A stretch of 64,000 bases of DNA from positions 11,593 to 75,592 of the IMG/VR virus record IMGVR_UViG_3300046517_000866; one strand, given 5' to 3'. Under the pieces are notes generated by a model. It was not told the origin of the DNA, ran no database searches, and saw only the letters and a list, made by a program, of their open reading frames with translations. Position 1 is the first letter of the stretch, and each line of letters begins with the position of its first letter. Both the position numbers and the translations under genes were made by a program. The stretch comes from a virus. Shown here one piece after another: positions 1 through 8,576 of the stretch.

Positions 1-750
1 GCCCGTGACATTGTAGGAGGGGCAACCTATATACCCACCGATTTCCTGTCACGAGTTCAAGAGAACTTGGCTAGCCCAGCAACAGCTGACGAGCAGCTAA
101 CTCTGGAAATGCCACCCGAGTTTAAACGTTTCACAGGAATGCCATCTAGTAAACCCTTTTCCCAATACCTTGACGATCGTGGGTTTGATGAACGTGATAC
201 AAAGCACTTCGATATCCGATACTGTACAAAAGGGCCGTTCAAAGGGCGTATAATTTTTCCAGTAGTGCATCACTACAAACTGGTGTCTTGGACAGGCAGA
301 ACGATCTACCCCGATCAAAAACTACGTTACCGAGCGCTCACGACAGATAAAGAAAAAGCCGAACGTGACAACTTGAAACCAGCGTTGGGCGCCATCAGTC
401 ATTACTTACTGTGGCATGATCACCTTGCGAAAGTATATGCTCATACTATTGTCCTGTGTGAAGGGCCATTCGACGCTTGGAAGGTGGACGTGTTAGGGAA
501 AAGGCACGGTATCTGTGCAACCTGCTTTTTCACTGCGGAGCCTACAGTTCAACAAGTTGGCCTACTGCACCAACTGTTACCTAGGTTCGAACGGCGATGC
601 CTTATGCTAGATCAGGCAGCAGAAGCCACGACAATGCGAGTAACTCGAAACCTCGCTTCATTGAATGTCGAACCAATTTATTTGCCATCAGGTATAAAGG
701 ACCCGGGTGAAATAAAACGGGAGCGGGAGCTACTCTCCATACTCTCTTGA
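1..750 (+). CDS. DNA primase, TOPRIM domain (5'-partial; frame is open from base 1)
   Basis: GRIIFPV...SWTGR motif, TOPRIM motif IVLCEGPFDA, and C-terminal LPSGIKDPGE typical of DnaG-like phage primases. Confidence 0.85.
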   Translation, partial: ARDIVGGATYIPTDFLSRVQENLASPATADEQLTLEMPPEFKRFTGMPSSKPFSQYLDDRGFDERDTKHFDIRYCTKGPFKGRIIFPVVHHYKLVSWTGRTIYPDQKLRYRALTTDKEKAERDNLKPALGAISHYLLWHDHLAKVYAHTIVLCEGPFDAWKVDVLGKRHGICATCFFTAEPTVQQVGLLHQLLPRFERRCLMLDQAAEATTMRVTRNLASLNVEPIYLPSGIKDPGEIKRERELLSILS

Positions 751-950
751 CATTATTAAGGCGAACAACATATGATTGATGTGTGTCGGGAAGCCGACAC
801 ATGCCCGAGCTGGACGGGCTTGTCTCTCTCTAAGCGAACGGAGTTGGGGGCCCCTTTCCATGCAGCCCCCGCCGATACTATCAGTTGTGTGCGTGCCTAT
901 GTGCGATGCCCTAGTCATCGCACTAAATTTTTGCGCATGGGAGGGACTAA

Positions 951-1511
951 ATGGAAATGGACAAAGGTGCTAAAGGATGGATGTACCGTACCGCCAAAAA
1001 ACACCACTGGCGGGTTTTTACCTGGATGGACTTCGAAGACATGATCCAGGAAGGCTACATCGCATGGTATCGAGTCGCTCAAAAGTATCCGCACATAACA
1101 CAAAGAGCGCATATCATGCGCTTGTTCCAGATTACCTACTTGAACAGGTTCAACGACCTGTCTAAGTGGCGAACACGGTTACCGGAATTTCTTGCGTGTG
1201 ACATCAACGTAACCCATGGTCGTCGCGGATTAGGGCCAGTAACAACGGAGTTGGAAATCTTTGACTTGTTGCTGGCTGCCGATCTCGAGTTGGGTACAAT
1301 CCAAACAATGTTCGCAGCCGCTCCCGCACCAGTAAAAGCAGCAGTAAAGCTTTTTTCGTGTCCGATTGGCTGTAAAAAACTCAGAGCGCTGTATAGGCGC
1401 CGTGTAGGGGGTTCAAGAGAAACTTTCAATCAGCGTCTTTGTCGCTTGACAGGATACGATCCCAACCAAGTTGACATTCCTGGACTGATGCTGCAACACT
1501 TCTCGTCTTAA
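951..1511 (+). CDS. RNA polymerase sigma factor-like protein
   Basis: DFEDMIQEGYIAW resembles sigma region 2 (D..DL.QEG.IG); GGAGG RBS upstream. Confidence 0.55.
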   Translation: MEMDKGAKGWMYRTAKKHHWRVFTWMDFEDMIQEGYIAWYRVAQKYPHITQRAHIMRLFQITYLNRFNDLSKWRTRLPEFLACDINVTHGRRGLGPVTTELEIFDLLLAADLELGTIQTMFAAAPAPVKAAVKLFSCPIGCKKLRALYRRRVGGSRETFNQRLCRLTGYDPNQVDIPGLMLQHFSS

Positions 1512-1532
1512 TCCCAAAACAACGGAGTATGC

Positions 1533-1928
1533 ATGAATAGGTACGCGATGATCACTCGACGTTACCATTTCGAGGCCGCACACGATCTACCAATGGTCCC
1601 GGATGGTCACAAATGCAAAAGACTACACGGGCACAACTACGTGGTGGAGTTGTCCCTCACAGGTCCAATCAACGATGACGGGTTCGTCATTGATTTCTGG
1701 GAGTTGGACGATATCATGAAGCCTCTTCTCTCAATTGTGGACCACACGTACCTCAATGGCCACGCGGATTTAGAAAATCCGACAGCGGAAAACATCGCCC
1801 TTTGGTTTGCTGGTTGGTTTGTACACGGAAAGGGCAGTACTTGTGCGCGCCTAGCGAAAAGAGAGTGCACTGTCACCAAGATTACAGTGTTCGAAACGCC
1901 GGAGTGTTCCGCAACCTACTACCTCTAA
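1533..1928 (+). CDS. queD: 6-carboxy-5,6,7,8-tetrahydropterin synthase
   Basis: FEAAHxL...KCKRLHGHNY, IDF, DHTYLN, NPTAENIA and ETP motifs. Confidence 0.95.
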   Translation: MNRYAMITRRYHFEAAHDLPMVPDGHKCKRLHGHNYVVELSLTGPINDDGFVIDFWELDDIMKPLLSIVDHTYLNGHADLENPTAENIALWFAGWFVHGKGSTCARLAKRECTVTKITVFETPECSATYYL

Positions 1929-1992
1929 ACCCCTCCAAAATAAATGCGTATGTAATGACACATGCGTATTGCAATCGTGAGAAAGAACTGGC

Positions 1993-2613
1993 ATGACACA
2001 TATCGTCGAAGTTGAGCTGCAAAAGGCAGTTAAGGTTAAGCAGAAATCCGGGGAAGAACGCCAATCTTACCTGGAGAGGCTTGTCCTAGCAGCCAACAAG
2101 ATACCCGAGGATGAGTGGGAGATCCTTTCAACCGCGGCGCAAAAGTGGGTAGTTGCTGGCGCCGACGCATTGAATGAGGAAACCAGCATCACGGATTTCG
2201 AAGGTGGCAATACCGCCACAGCGCAAGACGAGGATACTACAATGGCACGCACTGCCGAAGACACGCAAGACGAACGCCCGAACAAGAAAAAGAAAGCCAC
2301 ACCGGCTGCGCCGAAGGAAAAGAGCGCCAAAGCGGAGAAGTCCAAGGCGCCTGAAAAGTCCAAGGCACCGGAGAAGACCGAAAAGGCGGCAAAGCCCGCC
2401 AAGGTTTCCGCCGCTCCCAAAGAGGACGGTATCAAGGTTCGCATCAAGAAGTTGGTAATCAAGAAGCCCAGCATTTCGGCCGCGGAAATTGTCGAAGCTC
2501 TTTCCAAGAACGGCGAGACCCCCTCGGCTCTCACAGTTGCCAGCATTCGCGCTGAGTTCCGACATTCGTTGCATGTTCTCAAAATGTGCAACTGGCCTCA
2601 GGTCGATATCTAG
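1993..2613 (+). CDS. Putative DNA-binding protein with Lys/Ala-rich histone-like linker
   Basis: KAEKSKAPEKSKAPEK repeats followed by a basic, possibly winged-helix, C-terminus. Confidence 0.45.
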   Translation: MTHIVEVELQKAVKVKQKSGEERQSYLERLVLAANKIPEDEWEILSTAAQKWVVAGADALNEETSITDFEGGNTATAQDEDTTMARTAEDTQDERPNKKKKATPAAPKEKSAKAEKSKAPEKSKAPEKTEKAAKPAKVSAAPKEDGIKVRIKKLVIKKPSISAAEIVEALSKNGETPSALTVASIRAEFRHSLHVLKMCNWPQVDI

Positions 2614-2639
2614 TTTCTACCGAGTCCTCCCCAACTTGG

Positions 2640-2670
2640 CGGGCCCCCGATCAAAGGGGCCCGTTCTTTC
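2640..2670 (+). terminator. Rho-independent terminator
   Basis: CGGGCCCC-loop-GGGGCCCG stem followed by TTCTTT after the 1993..2613 stop. Confidence 0.6.
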
Positions 2671-2702
2671 GTATGTAATAGAAAGAAAGGGGAAACTACT
2701 TC

Positions 2703-3428
2703 ATGACAAACCTTAAACTCTGGGTGGCGCGTTTTGGTGACACATCAAAACCAGCAATCGTGTTGCTGTCGGGCGGAATGGACTCCACAGTAGCCTTATA
2801 CTGGGCAAAAGCCACATTTCCAAGCGTTCGTGCCCTATTCGTTGACTATGGGCAGATATCAGTGAACACTGAGTGGAAGTGTACTCAAAATATTGCACGG
2901 CTCGCAGACACTGACGTATTTTTCGCTCGGTTCCCTGTGTTCATTTCGCCCAGTTCGATCATAGGAGTTACACCTATCGCCCATTACGCAAACGTACAAG
3001 AGGCAATGGATGATACAGCCAACGATCCATCATATGTGCCCCTGCGCAATGCCGTTTTCACAACAGTTGCAGCACATCATCTACTTGTGCGATCACCCAA
3101 GGGGGGCTCTGTTGTCCTTGGCGTTCGCTCTCGCGCGGACGGCGACACAGAGTATGCGGGATTTCCCGATTGTTCCACACAGTTCTGCACTCGCATAGGA
3201 CAAGCACTTTCGATCGCAGCAAACGCTGTAGTTGACGTGCTTGATCCTCTCAATCATTTTGCGCCTACTCGTGGCAAAACCGTACAGATGGCGAGAGAAG
3301 TGGGAGCTTTCGAAGCACTCCGCTTTACGCACTCATGCTTCCATGCCAAACGGTGTGGAAAATGCCTTCCTTGCTTGCGCCGCGCCCAAGCATTCGCGGA
3401 AGTAGGATTAGACGATCCAGCAATGTGA
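2703..3428 (+). CDS. queC: 7-cyano-7-deazaguanine (preQ0) synthase
   Basis: PP-loop LSGGMDS, DYGQ, YVPLRN, FPDC and Zn motif SC...CGKCLPCLRR. Confidence 0.93.
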   Translation: MTNLKLWVARFGDTSKPAIVLLSGGMDSTVALYWAKATFPSVRALFVDYGQISVNTEWKCTQNIARLADTDVFFARFPVFISPSSIIGVTPIAHYANVQEAMDDTANDPSYVPLRNAVFTTVAAHHLLVRSPKGGSVVLGVRSRADGDTEYAGFPDCSTQFCTRIGQALSIAANAVVDVLDPLNHFAPTRGKTVQMAREVGAFEALRFTHSCFHAKRCGKCLPCLRRAQAFAEVGLDDPAM

Positions 3429-3527
3429 GGTTGAAATGACATGGACGGCGACAGCGGTAAAAACTGCCCATGCTTTACAAGAATTGTGATAAGAGTTGGT
3501 GGTTCTAAAAAACAGAGGTAACTCTCT

Positions 3528-4817
3528 ATGACAAAGGCTTATTACCGCTCATTTTCCGATAACCTGCCTAAGGTATGGAGCGCTCACGGTCCATGGGTAT
3601 TCCTTTCCGATCGGCGGGCTCGTGTCCTAGACATGTCTGGAAGTGCCTGCTTTGCAAGTCTAGGATATAGTAACGAATACGTAATACGAGCAATCAAGGA
3701 ACAATTAGAAGCCATACCCCACGCTTTTGCAGGACTGGGAACTTCCGACGCAGCAGAAAAAGCGGCCGACCTGATTTCACGTCCCTTAGAAAAAGCAAAC
3801 CCCGGATGGTTTGGCAAATGCTTGTTCCAGCAAGGTGGCGGCGAAACTGTTGATCTAGCGTGCAAGCTGGCCGCGCAGTATCATTTGGAAAAAGAACAGA
3901 ACCATCGCCAACGCTTTGCTGCATTAGAGTTCAGTTACCACGGGGTAGGATTATTACCGTTCTCATTGTCTGGAGGTTACCCCCGATATGCGTTGATCGA
4001 TCCATACCATGGCGTCACTAACAATTGTGTCAGTAGACTAGCACACCCTATTATAAGCAATACCCAAGACAGGACAAAAGAAATCATTTACTCCGAAAAA
4101 CTTGCTGCTGTCATCATCGAGCCCATTGGAGGACCCCCGCTTGGTGCTTGCCCCCTTCCCGGGTGGTATGTTAAGAAGCTACGCCAACTTTGTGATGATA
4201 CAGACACACTTTTGATATTTGACGAGATACTATGTGGCGCAGGACGTTGCGGGTACATGTCAATGGCGGAGTACTATGACGTTTGGCCCGACATTCTCTT
4301 ACTGGGAAAAGGGCTGACCTCAGGCTATCAACCCATGTCCGCAATCGTTGTTTCCAAGAAGGTATGTGACAGGATCAAGCAGGGTTCAGGAACAATCATG
4401 TTCGGCACCTGCTATGCCAATCACACAACAGGTTGCGCCGCTGTCGCAGCAACACTTGAATACTGCTACCAACACGCGTTGTTCGAAGTCGTCAGGCAAA
4501 ATGGTGAGTTCATCCATAAACTTCTGTCCCAAGCATTTCAGCAACCAAAATTTCAAATCAGAGGTCGCGGTCACTTATGGGGAATTGAGTTACGCCATCC
4601 AGACGCAACGTATTTTCAGCCGTCTACACAGTTCCACATGAAAGCACGCAAGGCCATTCTCGACGCTGGCGCGATTGTATACTCCAAAGGACAAACAGTA
4701 AATGGAAAGGGTGACTTCATCACGCTGGCGCCAATGTATGAAATGACTCATGCAGTGATGGAGATGGGAGTTGAAATAATCGCGGAAGGTCTCAAAAACG
4801 CCTATCAGGGAGTTTAG
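3528..4817 (+). CDS. Class-III PLP-dependent aminotransferase
   Basis: SYHG, AAVIIEPI, LIFDEILCGAGRCG, PDILLLGKGLTSGY (PLP lysine) and RGRG motifs. Confidence 0.9.
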   Translation: MTKAYYRSFSDNLPKVWSAHGPWVFLSDRRARVLDMSGSACFASLGYSNEYVIRAIKEQLEAIPHAFAGLGTSDAAEKAADLISRPLEKANPGWFGKCLFQQGGGETVDLACKLAAQYHLEKEQNHRQRFAALEFSYHGVGLLPFSLSGGYPRYALIDPYHGVTNNCVSRLAHPIISNTQDRTKEIIYSEKLAAVIIEPIGGPPLGACPLPGWYVKKLRQLCDDTDTLLIFDEILCGAGRCGYMSMAEYYDVWPDILLLGKGLTSGYQPMSAIVVSKKVCDRIKQGSGTIMFGTCYANHTTGCAAVAATLEYCYQHALFEVVRQNGEFIHKLLSQAFQQPKFQIRGRGHLWGIELRHPDATYFQPSTQFHMKARKAILDAGAIVYSKGQTVNGKGDFITLAPMYEMTHAVMEMGVEIIAEGLKNAYQGV

Positions 4818-4821
4818 ACAA

Positions 4822-5472
4822 ATGTGGTTCCAAGCAACAGTTGACGCCCCTACAATATTCGAGGCTCGTCGGTTACTATACGACTATGAAAAGGTGCCAG
4901 AAATCGACTACGTTGAGATCGGGGCGCCGATGCTGACCCACTACGGGGTCGACGTGATCAAGTCATTCACGGACTACATCCCCGTTGCCAAACTGTACGC
5001 TGACATTAAGTGCATCGATTTTCCAGAAATGGAAATGACTCCCTACATGGATCGTGGCATCACACGCATGTCGGCAATGGCCGTCATGAACTATCAAGCA
5101 TTCGTGGAGTTAGCTCGTCTGAAAGACCGATATGGATTGACCATTCTGGTTAGTTTGATGGGTTTTCCTATCAGTTACCTACGGGATAAAATTTCGGACC
5201 TTCACAGTCTTGGTTTTTTCAATTTCATCTGCCATGGAGCAGGCGTTCGGCCCCCTGATGCCTTTCACAACATGATGCAGTATCTTGTAGTAGTAAATGA
5301 GATAAAGAAAAAAATACCCGAATTGAAAATTATCGCCGCAGGTGGCATCGATCGGCATAATGCCCCTATACTTGCTTACAACTACAAAGTGGACGGATTG
5401 ATAGTTGGTCGTGGCATTGCAAAAGACGGCAACATTAGGGATGCAGTACAGCAAATCCGCAACTGCTTCTAA
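4822..5472 (+). CDS. OMP decarboxylase / 3-hexulose-6-phosphate synthase (HUMPS/KGPDC)-like TIM barrel
   Basis: QATVD, EIGAPML..YG, ADIKCID (DxKxxD), AAGGI and IVGRGI motifs. Confidence 0.8.
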   Translation: MWFQATVDAPTIFEARRLLYDYEKVPEIDYVEIGAPMLTHYGVDVIKSFTDYIPVAKLYADIKCIDFPEMEMTPYMDRGITRMSAMAVMNYQAFVELARLKDRYGLTILVSLMGFPISYLRDKISDLHSLGFFNFICHGAGVRPPDAFHNMMQYLVVVNEIKKKIPELKIIAAGGIDRHNAPILAYNYKVDGLIVGRGIAKDGNIRDAVQQIRNCF

Positions 5473-5480
5473 AAAGGGGG

Positions 5481-6068
5481 TTGATCATGACTGACTGGAG
5501 TATGTTTGGACTAGTTAGGTACCTCATTAAAAACCTTGACCCTAATCCAGAAAGAGAAGGATTGCGAGAAACGCCAAAGCGTTTCATCGAAGCCTGGCAA
5601 TTCTGGTGCTCTGGCGCTGGGATTGATCCACAGTCAGTACTGAAAGTGTTTGAAGACGGCGCCGAGCACTATGACGAAATGATTTTTCAGGGTTCAATTC
5701 CTTTTTGGAGTAACTGCGAGCACCACATGGCTCCATTTTTTGGAGTTGCCCATATCGGCTATATTCCAAATGGTCGGATTGTAGGACTCTCCAAGATCGC
5801 ACGAGTAACCGACATTCTGGCAAGACGCCTGCAAGTCCAAGAACGTTTGACTGTTCAAATTGCCGATGCATTGATGCAGGGGTTGACTCCACTGGGCGTA
5901 GGGGTCGTGCTTCAAGCAAGACACACTTGCATGGAGTCACGAGGTGTGCAAAAGATCGGCTCAATCACAACAACGTCGTCATTGATTGGTAATTTTAGGG
6001 AACCAGCAGTGCGTGCTGAGTTCATGGGATTTGTCCACAGCGCCGATCGGGGAATTGCAAGTGTCTAA
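5481..6068 (+). CDS. folE: GTP cyclohydrolase I
   Basis: REGLRETPKR, CEHHMAPFFG, GLSKIAR, QVQERLT and HTCMESRG motifs. Confidence 0.97.
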   Translation: MIMTDWSMFGLVRYLIKNLDPNPEREGLRETPKRFIEAWQFWCSGAGIDPQSVLKVFEDGAEHYDEMIFQGSIPFWSNCEHHMAPFFGVAHIGYIPNGRIVGLSKIARVTDILARRLQVQERLTVQIADALMQGLTPLGVGVVLQARHTCMESRGVQKIGSITTTSSLIGNFREPAVRAEFMGFVHSADRGIASV

Positions 6069-7365
6069 GAAACAGTTTGCCATCAAGCTCATGCTTGATA
6101 GTGGTGTCTTTTCTGCTTGGAACCGAGGACAAGAAATCAAATTGAAAGAGTACATTGCCTACCTCAAGGACCATAAAGAATGGCTGTACTCCTATGTCAA
6201 CCTAGATCAGATACCCGGCGAATTTGGACGCACCCCGACACAGGCAGACGTGGCACAATCGGCGCGCGTCGGATATGACAACTTCCAAAAAATGAAAGCC
6301 GAAGGTCTAGACCCAATCCCCGTGTTTCACCAAGGGGAGGATATTCGCTGGCTAGAACGGATGATCAATGACGGTGACAAGTACATCGGACTAGCGACAC
6401 GCAAAGACGTGTGGGCCATAGATCAGCGGCGCTGGTTGGACAAGATTTTTTCGATCATCACAAACGCCAAGGGCGAACCCCTTGTCAAAACTCACGGCTT
6501 CGGAATTACGCGACCAGGATTTCTATTCCGCTACCCATGGTTTTCAACTGACAGCACAACATGGTCACTGACTCCTGGGTACGGACAAATTCTAGTGCCA
6601 CGTTACAAGAACGGCAAACCTGATTACCTACATACGCCGCAAAAGGTCATAATGTCGGGCATTCAGCCATCAGTCCATGCACAGACAAAGAACCAGTTCG
6701 AGGCTTTAGGTCCGGCGACACAAGATCATATTTTACAGTTTCTTGACGAAGTCTGTGGACTGACGATTGAGCAAGTACGCTATCAAACAAATACTCGCCG
6801 TACTGCGATGCTGATATACTACGTTGCATTATGCAAAGCGCTCCATCACGTAACCTTCCATGATCGCACAAGTGGGGGCCTCAATCGCGACGGGTTCAAA
6901 CACAACCTGAAGGCACCACCCAAACCATGGAACTTGCAGATATTCTTTGCAACGGCTCTCAATCGATCCTGGAATAAACTCATGCTAGACACCAATGCAA
7001 ATACGCGCTTGTTGTCCTACTATGAGATGCGGGAGAAGTCGACAGAATGCCTGCAACAGTATGTTGAAAATGGCGTGATCATCACGGACCCACGGAAACC
7101 ACGGAAGACAGTTACCACAAAGAAAACTCCGATTACTCAGGAACGTAAAAAGGAAGTTATTGAACTGTTGCTGGCACCTGGAGCTGACTTGGACACGATT
7201 GCACACCTAACGGGTATCAAACGATCAGCCCTTGCCTTATGGCAACGCAAAGCAGCAGGTCGGTTTGCCATCATGGCAAAATGGAAACGCGAAGTATATG
7301 TAAACATCCGTCGCGCAAGCATCGCAGAACGCAGCAAAAGGGCAGAACCAGATGGACAGGTCTAA
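6061..7365 (+). CDS. TGT-fold deazaguanine DNA transglycosylase (DpdA-like) with C-terminal extension
   Basis: LDSGVFSAW, NLDQIPG, PIPVFHQGE, HGFG and PWFSTDSTTW motifs; directly follows folE. GTG at 6061 chosen over the ORF-track start 5986. Confidence 0.72.
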   Translation: MSKKQFAIKLMLDSGVFSAWNRGQEIKLKEYIAYLKDHKEWLYSYVNLDQIPGEFGRTPTQADVAQSARVGYDNFQKMKAEGLDPIPVFHQGEDIRWLERMINDGDKYIGLATRKDVWAIDQRRWLDKIFSIITNAKGEPLVKTHGFGITRPGFLFRYPWFSTDSTTWSLTPGYGQILVPRYKNGKPDYLHTPQKVIMSGIQPSVHAQTKNQFEALGPATQDHILQFLDEVCGLTIEQVRYQTNTRRTAMLIYYVALCKALHHVTFHDRTSGGLNRDGFKHNLKAPPKPWNLQIFFATALNRSWNKLMLDTNANTRLLSYYEMREKSTECLQQYVENGVIITDPRKPRKTVTTKKTPITQERKKEVIELLLAPGADLDTIAHLTGIKRSALALWQRKAAGRFAIMAKWKREVYVNIRRASIAERSKRAEPDGQV

Positions 7366-8446
7366 ACTCGTAGCAAAACTACAGACGATCGATCCTGCCA
7401 CGACCTCAAACCAATTGATCCCGATCATGAGCCACTACTGGTTCATGGGTGATCGCGTCATGGCGTATAACGATCAAATATCAATCAGCGTGCCATGCAA
7501 AACAGATTTCACGGGTGCTGTTCCGGCGACGCTTTTGGGTTTGTTGAAATCGTCCAAGGCAAAGGAAGTTGAGTTCACAGAACAAGGTGACGACCTACTG
7601 ATCAAGGCAGCAGCGACAAAGATCAAGTTACCGTTGATCCCCGCCGATGAACTTACAATGTTTACGATGCCTGAACCAAAATCCGATTTTAAGCATGTGA
7701 TGGCGAAGTCAGGGAAGTTCCTCGAGTGCCTTGAAGCCTGCATGCAATCAACAACCACAGACACGTCAACTCCTGACTACCTTGGCGTCACAGCCATGGC
7801 GAAGGACGAAAGTCTACAACTGTTTGCCTGCAATGACGAAACAATGACCTACGCCAACCTGCATATCGGAGAGCTTGTCTTTAAGTCCCGTGTCGTGCTT
7901 TCAGCGGCATTCTGTACTCAACTACTCAAGCAAATTTCCAGTGATGTAAAATTCTCAACTCTGGAACTGCACAATGATTACTCACTAGCGACAATGACAA
8001 ATGGCACGATCTTGTTCGGCCGGTTGATTGATGTTCAAAAACCTTTGGACTATGCCAGTATTATCGCACGTAACTACAACACAAGTATCATTTCAAAGCT
8101 TGTCCAAATACCAACCAAACTGGAAGGCATTCTTGAACGGGCAGTCATCATCACAGACTCAGCAGTTGATCAGACAAAGACCTCAGTTTCGGTGCGTGAT
8201 GGTATCATGCGTTTCAAGTCCAAGTCAGCAAAGGGCGAGATTTCTGACAGTATGCAGGTTCCCAATCACCCAGATGTATCTGTCATGCTGGAAGCGCGTC
8301 GATTAAGAAAAGGACTTGAAGCAGGCTTTTCTCATATATTAGTTACCGACACATGTGCAGTAATGGTGAAGGGGGTAACAAATGACAAGGGAACACTGAC
8401 CCGAGCGGAAGTGGTCTACCTTGTCGCAGCAACAGACCCCGCCTGA
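7352..8446 (+). CDS. DNA polymerase sliding clamp (beta-like)
   Basis: 364 aa; N-terminus MDRSKLVAKLQ...IPIMSH resembles DnaN; lies beside polymerase and clamp loader. Confidence 0.7.
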   Translation: MDRSKLVAKLQTIDPATTSNQLIPIMSHYWFMGDRVMAYNDQISISVPCKTDFTGAVPATLLGLLKSSKAKEVEFTEQGDDLLIKAAATKIKLPLIPADELTMFTMPEPKSDFKHVMAKSGKFLECLEACMQSTTTDTSTPDYLGVTAMAKDESLQLFACNDETMTYANLHIGELVFKSRVVLSAAFCTQLLKQISSDVKFSTLELHNDYSLATMTNGTILFGRLIDVQKPLDYASIIARNYNTSIISKLVQIPTKLEGILERAVIITDSAVDQTKTSVSVRDGIMRFKSKSAKGEISDSMQVPNHPDVSVMLEARRLRKGLEAGFSHILVTDTCAVMVKGVTNDKGTLTRAEVVYLVAATDPA

Positions 8447-8469
8447 TGTTGCCTTTTTGCAACATAATA

Positions 8470-8572
8470 GGCCTCTATTAGGCCCTCGCTGAGTGGCATA
8501 TCATTGGAGCGCTACACATACAGCGCCCCACCCCTGAAAACCTCTGGAGCGCCAAAATTCCCGGAGAAAAAA
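8470..8572. repeat. Dispersed ~100-bp dyad element, copy 1
   Basis: Core GGAGCGCTA-cacata-CAGCGCCCC at 8506-8529; flanks match the reverse complement of copy 2 (CTCGCTGAGTG; CTCTG.AGCGCCAAA). Confidence 0.85.
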
Positions 8573-8576
8573 CGAC

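Noticed and set aside
5986-6060. ORF-track N-terminal extension of the DpdA-like gene (similar extensions at 16257, 16847, 23981, 48502, 50981 and 55799)
   Set aside because: These overlap upstream genes or lack support; downstream starts have an RBS or stop-start coupling
1533-6068. que genes as auxiliary queuosine (tRNA) or folate metabolism
   Set aside because: The adjacent TGT-like gene lacks the C-terminal Zn motif of bacterial tRNA TGT and sits in the DNA replication module, so DNA modification is more likely, though unproven
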